Shown here: one piece after another, positions 1 through 8,158 of the stretch
Layout: every line of letters begins with the position of its first letter
How positions within the stretch are numbered: the first letter of the stretch is position 1
From: an uncultured delta proteobacterium
Lineage (GTDB): Bacteria; Myxococcota_A; Polyangia; Fen-1088
Direction: 5' to 3'
Length of the DNA stretch: 64,000 bases
Assembly: GCA_963755125.1 (NCBI GenBank)
Contig: CAVWIP010000010.1
Span: 160,001 to 224,000 of the forward strand
Position numbers and translations under genes: made by a program
Notes under the pieces: generated by a model
What the model was told of the DNA's origin: nothing
Database searches by the model: none
What the model saw: only the letters and a program-made list of their open reading frames with translations

Positions 1-6
1 ACAGCA

Positions 7-954
7 ATGCTGGGGCTTTCCCAGCGTTTCGCAACACCTGGGGCGCCTCTGCTTTCTGACAGCCCGGAAGCGTTCACGCGAACATGCGTTGCCGGCGCCA
101 GATCACCCTTTCGTTCCCTGTACGGCATGCACTGGGTCGTCCTCACCTTGCTGTACGTGATGCTCGGATTTGGCCTGCAGTACGACCTGAACTCACTCTT
201 GTGGACAACGATTAGCGCCGGCTTTGCTGCAGTTCATCTCCTTTCATTCAGTCTGTTGTTCAAGTGGCGAGCGTCCCAAGCCGAAACCGTCGGGGAGTTC
301 ATCGTCACACTCGCGCGTGACCGCGGGATCGGCGTGGCGCGAGATGGTGAAGCGAGGCTGCTTGGATGGATCGAACGATTCCGGCGGAACAGATCCGTTG
401 TCGTCGAGGCGGCAGCCGTCGTGCCGGTCCTGATTGAATGGGAGGACCGTCGCTACCGGAGACATTCAGGAATCGACTGGGTTTCAGTGGTCAGCGTACT
501 CGTGCGAAAACGTCGCCGGGGAGGCGCGACGACAATACCGATGCAGCTGGCCAGACAGCTCATCGCGCGCCCGCACGGCCGCTCACGATTGCGTAGCATC
601 AAGCGAAAACTGTACGAGGCCTTCCTTGCTCGCTGGCTTATCCGTACTGCGGGGCACGAGACTGTACTGGCTGCGTGGCTAGAATTGATTCCTTTTGGGT
701 GCACCACGGTTGTCGGCATCCGCGCGGCAGCACATGAGTACTTCGGCAAGACTATCGACGATCTCGACGTGATTGACGGAGTGCTGTTGGCCGAGCGAAT
801 CAGCATAAGCAGCGGCAGGTTTGACCCTGGTCGCATAGAGCGAGTCATCGGCTGGGCCGTCACCAGGGGCCTCATCCCGGAAGGGCGGCGAACCGAAGCT
901 CTGCAGCGCGCCGAGAGCATGCGAAAGCGGACGGTCAAGACCGACAATCCATAG
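7..954 (+). CDS. Monofunctional peptidoglycan transglycosylase-domain (GT51-like) membrane protein
   Basis: Motifs EDRRYRRHSGID (EDxxFxxHxG-like), GGATTIPMQLAR (GxSTxxxQ-like), RKLYE (RKxxE) and GIRAAAHEYFGK. Two N-terminal hydrophobic helices; no transpeptidase domain. Start uncertain at the window edge. Confidence 0.65.
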   Translation: MLGLSQRFATPGAPLLSDSPEAFTRTCVAGARSPFRSLYGMHWVVLTLLYVMLGFGLQYDLNSLLWTTISAGFAAVHLLSFSLLFKWRASQAETVGEFIVTLARDRGIGVARDGEARLLGWIERFRRNRSVVVEAAAVVPVLIEWEDRRYRRHSGIDWVSVVSVLVRKRRRGGATTIPMQLARQLIARPHGRSRLRSIKRKLYEAFLARWLIRTAGHETVLAAWLELIPFGCTTVVGIRAAAHEYFGKTIDDLDVIDGVLLAERISISSGRFDPGRIERVIGWAVTRGLIPEGRRTEALQRAESMRKRTVKTDNP

Positions 955-1081
955 GGTTCCTTTGAGCGTCCAGGACCCTCGCGAGGGGCATCCGCGCGAC
1001 CGTCCGTGGAGCACGCCTGGTCAGCTTGTGCTGCGGTTTCCGGCTCTTGACGAGGCTGTATCGAATTTCCCAGCGCCGGAT

Positions 1082-1750
1082 CTAGATCCGGTGCTCCGGC
1101 CGTACGATCTTCCTCGCGCCGCCGTGCCAGGCTTTGCTCCAGTCTTTGGGCGGGTGGATCTTTTCCAGGCGATCGAGCTGGCCGATGGACTGTAGGCGCT
1201 TGAAGATGAGCTGCCAGGCGCAGGGCTTGTCGGCGGACACTTCGCAGCGCTCGCTGGTCGAGCCGCCGCAGGGGCCGTTGAGCATGTGCTTGGCACAACG
1301 GGTGACCGGGCACACGCCGCCGAACTCGGCCAGCATGCACTCGCCGCAGCCAATGCACTTTTCCGTCCAGGTCGCCTGTTCTTCCAGGATGCCGAGGAAC
1401 TGCGTGTTGAGCCCGGGATACACGGGCTTGCCGGGAAAGCGCTCGGCAATGGCCTGCACGCCGGCGGCGCAGCCGAACGACACCACGGCCTGGCTGCGCT
1501 CCACTGCGGGCGCCAGGTCTTTGATGAACTCGTTGTCGCACTGGCGCTCGATGGTGACCTGCTCGATCTCCACCGGCTGCTTGGCCAGCTTGCGCGCCAT
1601 GCGCACGCCGTAGCCGGCGATGCCGACTTCGCGCTCGCCGCCGGCCAGGCACACGGTCACGCAGGTGCCGCAGCCGACAAAGAGAACCTTCTGATGGCGG
1701 TCAATCAGTTGCTTGAGCTCGGTGACGGATTTTGGACTGGCAACGATCAT
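1082..1750 (-). CDS. metV: MetV-like protein (methylene-THF reductase small / Cys-rich subunit)
   Basis: VGCGTCVTVC, ERQCD, CAAGVQ and CIGCGEC...GGVCPVTRCAKHMLNGPCGG...C..CAW signature. Overlaps mvhD by 4 bp. Confidence 0.85.
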   Translation of the reverse strand: MIVASPKSVTELKQLIDRHQKVLFVGCGTCVTVCLAGGEREVGIAGYGVRMARKLAKQPVEIEQVTIERQCDNEFIKDLAPAVERSQAVVSFGCAAGVQAIAERFPGKPVYPGLNTQFLGILEEQATWTEKCIGCGECMLAEFGGVCPVTRCAKHMLNGPCGGSTSERCEVSADKPCAWQLIFKRLQSIGQLDRLEKIHPPKDWSKAWHGGARKIVRPEHRI

Positions 1751-2238
1751 GGAACTCCAACTTTCTGCGCTTGTGTGGTCTCAGGGGCGTCGTGCGCCTT
1801 CAAAGGGTTGGGGCCAAGACCCTCAATCGTCTGGACGATTTCGTTGACCCGCTGGACAAAGGTCGGCGCCATGGCGGCCGACAGGTTCACCATGCGCAAT
1901 CGCTCGCGGCCCACGCCGATCTCGTCGAGCATCTCGCGCAACTGTTCGCTGCGGCGCTTGGCGCGCAGGTTTCCCTCGATGAAGTGGCAGCCGCCTTCCA
2001 GGCAGCCGGCAATCAGCACACCGTCGATACCCTTCTCGAAGGACGCCAGGATGTGCTCGCGCTCGATCTTGCCGGTGCAGGGCACGTGAACCACGCGCAC
2101 GTTGGGCGGATACTGCATGCGCCGCGCGCCCGCCAGGTCAGCGGCGGCATACGCGCAGTAGTTGCAGCAGAAGACGATAATCTCCGGTTTCCACTTGCTG
2201 GCCGTCTGGGGAACCGCGCGGGCTTGAGCCTGGCTCAT
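1747..2238 (-). CDS. mvhD: Methyl-viologen-reducing hydrogenase delta subunit (MvhD, [2Fe-2S])
   Basis: FCCNYCAYAAADLAG, VPCTGK and GCLEGGCHFIEGN. ATG at 2238 overlaps the hdrA stop codon (ATGA coupling). Confidence 0.92.
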   Translation of the reverse strand: MSQAQARAVPQTASKWKPEIIVFCCNYCAYAAADLAGARRMQYPPNVRVVHVPCTGKIEREHILASFEKGIDGVLIAGCLEGGCHFIEGNLRAKRRSEQLREMLDEIGVGRERLRMVNLSAAMAPTFVQRVNEIVQTIEGLGPNPLKAHDAPETTQAQKVGVP

Positions 2239-5200
2239 GTCGCGCCTCCGACCGTGAGCAACTCGTCGAGCATGGCCGTCATCTGCCCGTCCTCTTGGTG
2301 TTGCAAGGTGATGGTGCGCGCCGGACAGGCCGCCGCGCACGAGCCGCAACCCATGCAAGTGGCGCCCTGGATTTCCGCCTTCTTCAGGTCGTTGATCATA
2401 GGCGCGCCGTACGGGCACACCTTCACGCAGGTAGCGCAGGCCACGCAGCCTTCGGGATCGACCTTGGCCACCTGTCCCGCGATGTCGAGCTTGGCGCGCG
2501 AGAGAATGGTCGCGGCTCGGCCGGCCACTGCCTTGGCGTGCGCGATGGTTTCGTCGATGAAGCGCGGCGAGTGCGCCAGGCCAGCCAGGTATTCACCTTC
2601 GTTGGCCAGATCCACCGGGCGCAGCTTGGGATGCGCTTCGAGGAAGAAGCCGTCTGCAGTCAGCGTGGTGCGCATCAGACCCGAGAACACGGGATTGTCC
2701 GCGCCCGGCGCGATGCCAGTCGACAGCACCAGCCAATCAGGCTTGAGGTTCAGTTCGAGGCCAGTGCCAGCGTCGGTGACCTTGACCTGCAGGCCACCGG
2801 CGTCGCTGACCTGCGGCTCCTGGCCTTCGGCAAAGCGCACGAACAGAACGCCCGCTTCGCGCGCCTTCTGATAGTAAACCTCGCGGAAACCGTAGGTGCG
2901 GATATCGCGGTAAAGCACCACCACGCGCGCATTTGGTTTCTGGCGCTTCAATTCCAGCGCGTTTTTCACCGCCTCGGAGCAGCACACGCGGCTGCAATAG
3001 GGGTTTTTCTCGTTGCGGCTGTCCACGCACTGGATCATCACCACCTGGGGTTCGGCCGCCTGGGGTAGGCTGCCCTGGGCCAGCTTGTCTTCCAGTTGGC
3101 GTTGCGTGAGCACCGCCGGGTTCTTGCCGCAGAGGTAGGACTCGGTGGCGCGCTCGCTGCCGCCTGTGGCCAGCACCACCACGCCGTGATCCAGCGTCTT
3201 CTTGCTGCCGGCCTCTTCGATGACAGTGTGGAACTTGCCGACGTGGCCGGCGAACTCCACGACCTTGGTTTGGCGATGCACGGTGATCTTGGGGTGGCCT
3301 TCAACCTTGCGAACCAGCTCGGTCAGGAAGCCGGCCACATCCGAGCGCTCGAGGGTGTAGCGGATCTTGCGCAACTGGCCGCCCAGCTCCGCCTCCTTCT
3401 CGATCAAGTGCACTGCAAAGCCCTGGTCAGCCAGGCCCAGCGCCGCAGTCATGCCGGCCAGGCCGCCGCCCAGAACCAGCGCTGCCTGCGTGACCGCTTG
3501 CGAACCGGTTTCCAGTGCCTTGAGACGCCGCGCCCGGCCCACGGCCATGCGCATGAGATCGATCGCCTTGTCCGTGGCAGCCACGGGATCGTCGCGATGG
3601 ACCCACGAGCACTGATCGCGGATGTTGGTCATCGCGAACAGGTAGGGATTAAGAGCTGAGTCGCGCAGAGTTTCTTGGAAAAGAATCTCGTGCGTGCGCG
3701 GCGAGCAGGAAGCCACCACCAGGCGGTTCAACTTGTGCTCGCGGATCATGTCCTTGATGTGCTGCTGGTTGGTGTCCGAGCACGTGTACAGGCTCGCCTC
3801 GGCGTGCGCCACGCCCGGCATCTTGCCGGCGCGTTCCGCCACTTGCTTGACGTCCACCACGGACGCGATGTTGTGGCCGCAGTGGCAGATGAACACGCCC
3901 ACGCGCGGCTTCTCGTCGGTGACATCGCGTTCCCAGGGGTACTCTTGTCGCTGGATCAGGTTGCCTCGCACGGCCGCGAGGCTTTCCATGGCCAGGGCCG
4001 CGGCGCCGGTGGCTTGCGCCACTGACTCGGGAATGTCCTTGGGCTCCTGAAACGCGCCCGCTACAAAGATGCCAGGCCGCGAGGACGTCACCGGGGTCAT
4101 GCGATCGGTGCGGCAGAAGCCGAACTGGTCGAGTTCCAGCCCGAGGCGCTGGGCCAGTTCTCTCACGCCCGCGTTGGGCCGCAAACCGGCCGACAGGACC
4201 ACCAGATCGAATTCCGGCTTCTGCTCCTCGCCGTTGTCGTCGAAATAGCGCACGCGCAGGTTGTGGGTTTCCGGCATCTCGACCAGGCGCGACGGGATGG
4301 AGCGGATGAACTTCACCTTCTGCTCGTCGCGCGCTCGGTTCACGTACTGGTCGAACTCCTTGCCGAATGCTCGCACGTCCATGCAGAACACGGACACGTC
4401 CAGGCCAGGCACATGCTCGATGGCGACCATGGCTTCCTTGGCGGCGGCCATGCAGCAGATCGACGAGCAGTAGCCGTTGCCGCGCGCGGTGTCGCGCGAG
4501 CCCACGCACTGGATGAAAGCGATGCGCTTGGGGTGCTTGCCGTCCGAGGGTCGCAGCACGTCGCCGCTGGTCGGGCCGGCGGCGCTGAGCAGGCGCTCGA
4601 ACTGCACGTTGGACATCACGTTGCTGTAGCGACCGTGGCCGAATTCGCCGCGCAGAGCGGGATCGAATTCCTCGAAGCCAGGGGTGAGCAGGATGGCGCC
4701 GACATTCAGGGTCTCGGTGACCGGCTGCATGTCGTGCACGATGGCGCCTGCCGAGCAGGCCTTCACGCACTGGCCGCACTCGCTGCACAGGCCGCACGCC
4801 AGGCAGCGCTTGGCCTCGGCCACCGCATCCTCGTAGGTGTAGCCGACATCGATCTCGCCGAAGCCGCGCACGCGCTCCTCGGCACTCGCTTGCTTCATCT
4901 TGTGTCGCTCGACACGGGGCGCGTCCGTTTCAGGCGTGGGCGCCAGCTCCTCGGTCTTGGCCTCAACCGCGGCGCCTTTTTCGGCCAAGGTTCCGCGCAG
5001 GAAGCTGTCGATGGTGGTGGCCGCGCGATGGCCTTGCGCCATGGCATCGACCAGTGAGGCTGGTCCCAGCACCGCGTCCCCGCCGGCGAACACGCCGGGA
5101 ATGCTGGTCGCCAGCGTCTCGCGGTCAGAAACGATGCGACCGCCAGGGCCAGCAGTCAGCGGAGCCATGACCTCGATGCCCTGGCCGATGGTCACGATGA

Positions 5201-6716
5201 CCGTGTCGGCGTCCAGGTTGGTTACCTGCGCGTCGTCGAAGGTGGGAGCGAAGCGGCGGTTGTCGTCGAACACGCGCGTGCAGGCGCGGAACGCCACTCC
5301 CGAAACTTTTCCGTTCTGTGTGACGATCTTGGTGGGACCGAGGCTGGGGTGGAAAACCACACCTTCTTCCAACGCCTCGTTGGCTTCCCAGGAATGCGCG
5401 GGCATCTCCTCGCGCTTCTCCAGGCAGGCGAGATCGACGCTGGTGACACCGGGCAAGCGGCGCGCGCAGCGAGCGGCGTCCATTGCCACGTCGCCGCCGC
5501 CGATGACCAGCACCTTGGGTCCAATCGCCGGCTTGCGGCCCGCGTTCACTTCGCGCAGGAAGGTCAGGCCCGGCCACACTTCTTTGGAATCCTCGCCGGG
5601 CACGCCGAGCTTGCGGCTCACCCAGGCACCGGTGGCCACGAACACGGCGTCGAACTCGCCAGCTGGCTTGCCGACAGCCGCGCGGGTCTTCAACAGTTGC
5701 GTGGGATCGGCGACGCGAGTGCTGGTTCTGGCCTCGATGCCCATGTCGAGGATGTACTGGATCTCGTGATCGAGCACGTCGCCCGGCAGCCGGTAGCGGG
5801 GGATGCCGTAGCGGAGCATGCCACCCAGGAGCGGCATGGCGTCGAAGATGGTCACGCCGTAGCCCTTGCTGCGCAGGTCGGTCGCGGCGGTCAGGCCGGC
5901 CGGACCGCCGCCCACGACGGCGATGCGCTCCTTCTGCTGCATCTGCGGCGCAGGCGGAACGTCCTTCAATTCGTCGCGATGAGCATAGACGTAGTCGGCG
6001 GCAAAGCGCTTGAGGTCGCGCGCTGCCACTGGCTCGTCGATGTCGTTGCGGTTGCACTTGGTCTCGCAGGGGTGCTGGCACACCCGGCCGCACACCGCAG
6101 GCAAGGGACAGCGCTCGCGAACCACGTCGTAGGCTTCCTTGACCTTGCCCTGGGCCAGCAGCGCGACGTAGCCCTGCACGTTCACGCCGGCGGGGCAGGA
6201 CGCCTTGCACGGGGCGCGCCCAGCGGCCTTGGAAATGCCGTAGACATTGGGAATGGCCTGCGGATAGGGACGGAAGATTGCCTTGCGCGTGCCCAGCTCG
6301 CGATCGAACTCGCTGGGCAACGACACCGGGCAAGCGATGGAGCACTCACCGCAGGCGTTGCACTTCTTGAGGTCTACGTAGCGCGGCCGCTTGCGGATCT
6401 CGACCTGGAAGCGGCCTGGCTCGCCGCTGACCTTCTGGATGTCGGCCAGGGTGATGATCTCGACGTTCTTGTTGCGCGCGGCCTCGACCAGTTTGGGCGA
6501 GAGCGTACACATGGCGCAGTCGCCAGTGGGGAAGGTCTTGTCGAGCTGGGCCATCCTGCCGCCGATGGCGGGCGAGGACTCGAGCAAGTAGACCTTGAAG
6601 CCCGAGTTGGCCAGGTCGAGTGAGGACTGGATGCCGGCGATGCCTGCGCCAGCCACCAATACCGCACCGACCGGCTCGGCGGATTTTCCGTTGTTTGACT
6701 TTAACTGCTCGCTCAT
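2235..6716 (-). CDS. hdrA: Large heterodisulfide reductase subunit A-like protein (HdrA/HdrL type) with internal GltD-like NAD(P)H-binding module
   Basis: GAGIAG and LDKTFPTGDCAMC. Ferredoxin CxxCxxCxxxC motifs. GltD-like CKASCPAG, VCGRVCQHPC, GGGPAG and GGGDVAMDAAR. Two HdrA cores (IQCVGSRD...CSSICC and IQCVDSRN...CSRVCC). C-terminal 2x[4Fe-4S]. Confidence 0.92.
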   Translation of the reverse strand: MSEQLKSNNGKSAEPVGAVLVAGAGIAGIQSSLDLANSGFKVYLLESSPAIGGRMAQLDKTFPTGDCAMCTLSPKLVEAARNKNVEIITLADIQKVSGEPGRFQVEIRKRPRYVDLKKCNACGECSIACPVSLPSEFDRELGTRKAIFRPYPQAIPNVYGISKAAGRAPCKASCPAGVNVQGYVALLAQGKVKEAYDVVRERCPLPAVCGRVCQHPCETKCNRNDIDEPVAARDLKRFAADYVYAHRDELKDVPPAPQMQQKERIAVVGGGPAGLTAATDLRSKGYGVTIFDAMPLLGGMLRYGIPRYRLPGDVLDHEIQYILDMGIEARTSTRVADPTQLLKTRAAVGKPAGEFDAVFVATGAWVSRKLGVPGEDSKEVWPGLTFLREVNAGRKPAIGPKVLVIGGGDVAMDAARCARRLPGVTSVDLACLEKREEMPAHSWEANEALEEGVVFHPSLGPTKIVTQNGKVSGVAFRACTRVFDDNRRFAPTFDDAQVTNLDADTVIVTIGQGIEVMAPLTAGPGGRIVSDRETLATSIPGVFAGGDAVLGPASLVDAMAQGHRAATTIDSFLRGTLAEKGAAVEAKTEELAPTPETDAPRVERHKMKQASAEERVRGFGEIDVGYTYEDAVAEAKRCLACGLCSECGQCVKACSAGAIVHDMQPVTETLNVGAILLTPGFEEFDPALRGEFGHGRYSNVMSNVQFERLLSAAGPTSGDVLRPSDGKHPKRIAFIQCVGSRDTARGNGYCSSICCMAAAKEAMVAIEHVPGLDVSVFCMDVRAFGKEFDQYVNRARDEQKVKFIRSIPSRLVEMPETHNLRVRYFDDNGEEQKPEFDLVVLSAGLRPNAGVRELAQRLGLELDQFGFCRTDRMTPVTSSRPGIFVAGAFQEPKDIPESVAQATGAAALAMESLAAVRGNLIQRQEYPWERDVTDEKPRVGVFICHCGHNIASVVDVKQVAERAGKMPGVAHAEASLYTCSDTNQQHIKDMIREHKLNRLVVASCSPRTHEILFQETLRDSALNPYLFAMTNIRDQCSWVHRDDPVAATDKAIDLMRMAVGRARRLKALETGSQAVTQAALVLGGGLAGMTAALGLADQGFAVHLIEKEAELGGQLRKIRYTLERSDVAGFLTELVRKVEGHPKITVHRQTKVVEFAGHVGKFHTVIEEAGSKKTLDHGVVVLATGGSERATESYLCGKNPAVLTQRQLEDKLAQGSLPQAAEPQVVMIQCVDSRNEKNPYCSRVCCSEAVKNALELKRQKPNARVVVLYRDIRTYGFREVYYQKAREAGVLFVRFAEGQEPQVSDAGGLQVKVTDAGTGLELNLKPDWLVLSTGIAPGADNPVFSGLMRTTLTADGFFLEAHPKLRPVDLANEGEYLAGLAHSPRFIDETIAHAKAVAGRAATILSRAKLDIAGQVAKVDPEGCVACATCVKVCPYGAPMINDLKKAEIQGATCMGCGSCAAACPARTITLQHQEDGQMTAMLDELLTVGGAT

Positions 6717-6725
6717 GGTCGTGCC

Positions 6726-7592
6726 CTAGGCGGGGATGCCTCGGTCAGCTAGCAACTTGCTGGGGCTGACCACCAGGCTGCGCAGCCCGAGTTTCTTGCG
6801 GGGGATCCCGAAGGCCAGGCCGAGAAGCTGGGTGAAGTAGAAAACCGGGAGGCCGAAGTGTTCGCCCGCCTCTTTTTCCGTGTCCTTCTGTCGCAGATCC
6901 AGGTTGAGCTGGCACAGCGGACAGGCGGTGGCGATGCAATCCGCGCCCACGGCCTTGGCCATGACCAGAATCTCGCGCGTAAGTCGTCGCACCACGCTGG
7001 CGTCGGTGATGGAATAGCCGGCGCCGCAGCACTCGGTCTTGTGCGGCCAGGTCACGACGGTGGCGCCCGCGGCCTGTAGGACCTTGTCCATCAGGGTCGG
7101 ATTCTCGGGATCGTCGAACTTGGTCACTTCCGGTGGCCGCGCCAGCAGGCAGCCGTAATACGGCACCACCTTGAGGCCGCGCAACGGATGCTTCACTTGA
7201 GCCGCTATCTTGGTCATGCCCACGTCGCGCGCCAGGATCTCGAGCAGGTGCAGCACCTGGGTCTGGCCGTCGTAGTCCGCGCCCAGGACAGCCCCCACCT
7301 GTCTTCGCGCTTCGCTGTCGCGGGTAATGTGATGGTTGGCGGTCTTCAGCCGGTTGTAACAGGCGGCACAGCCCACAGCGACGGTCGTGCCCGCGGCCGC
7401 GAGCAGGTTCTTGGCTGGCAAGGCCAGGGCCAGCAGCGGATCCGACTGGTGGGCCGCAGTGGAGCCGCAGCAGGTCCAGCCCGGAACTTCCGGCATCTGC
7501 AGGCCCAGGGTCTGGCTGATGGCCAGGGTGGAAGACTGATAGTCGTGGGCGGTCCCTTCCATGGAACAACCCGGGAAGAAAGCATAACTCAC
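6726..7592 (-). CDS. hdrB: Heterodisulfide reductase subunit B-like (CCG domains)
   Basis: FFPGCS, WTCCG, CAACY, PYYGCLL, ECCG and ACPLCQLNLD. Confidence 0.92.
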   Translation of the reverse strand: MSYAFFPGCSMEGTAHDYQSSTLAISQTLGLQMPEVPGWTCCGSTAAHQSDPLLALALPAKNLLAAAGTTVAVGCAACYNRLKTANHHITRDSEARRQVGAVLGADYDGQTQVLHLLEILARDVGMTKIAAQVKHPLRGLKVVPYYGCLLARPPEVTKFDDPENPTLMDKVLQAAGATVVTWPHKTECCGAGYSITDASVVRRLTREILVMAKAVGADCIATACPLCQLNLDLRQKDTEKEAGEHFGLPVFYFTQLLGLAFGIPRKKLGLRSLVVSPSKLLADRGIPA

Positions 7593-8158
7593 GAGCGACC
7601 TCCGTCCATGTCACGCACGCGGCGGAAGAGTTCTTCACGCTCTTTGCGCCCCTTCACCTTGCCCGACCACAGCGGCATCTTGCCCTTCCACAACATCATG
7701 GGCAGCTTGCCCATGTCGGAGAAGAGCTGCAGGGTGCGCAGCTTGAACGAGGCCATGAGCCCGGCCTCGAACATGCGGCCGCGTTTCTTCACCGTGCGCA
7801 GGAAGATATCGTTGAAGGCCGGCACGGTGGTCTTGCCATGCACCTGGCTCACGCGCCGGCTCATGCGGCGAAGCGCATCGTTGAGCGACGCGATGTCCAC
7901 CTGCTGCGGGCAACGGGTGACGCAGGTCTGGCACGAGGTGCACTCCCAGATCATGCGACTGCCGAGCAACTCATCTTTCAGACCAAGCTGGGCCAGCCGC
8001 ACCAGCGCGTGCGGCTTGATGTCCGCCCAGGCAGCGACCGGGCAGCCCGACGTGCACTTCTTGCACTGCAGGCAGGCCGACAGATTTCCTTGGCTCTCCT
8101 TGGAAACTTCCGCGAAGAAGCCGCCGCTTGGAAGAGCCGTGACAGCAGGCGCGTTCAT
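7589..8158 (-). CDS. hdrC: Heterodisulfide reductase subunit C-like (2x[4Fe-4S])
   Basis: CLQCKKCTSGCP and CTSCQTCVTRCP. Adjacent to hdrB with a 4-bp overlap. Confidence 0.9.
   Translation of the reverse strand: MNAPAVTALPSGGFFAEVSKESQGNLSACLQCKKCTSGCPVAAWADIKPHALVRLAQLGLKDELLGSRMIWECTSCQTCVTRCPQQVDIASLNDALRRMSRRVSQVHGKTTVPAFNDIFLRTVKKRGRMFEAGLMASFKLRTLQLFSDMGKLPMMLWKGKMPLWSGKVKGRKEREELFRRVRDMDGGRS

Noticed and set aside
953..990. GGGTTCCTTTGAGCGTCCAGGACCC hairpin between convergent genes, loosely like the repeat core
   Set aside because: Similarity is too weak to call a family member. It may simply be a terminator-like hairpin.
2235..6716. Possible selenocysteine recoding in hdrA/mvhD
   Set aside because: Both ORFs are continuous, with Cys at the expected positions and no in-frame TGA.
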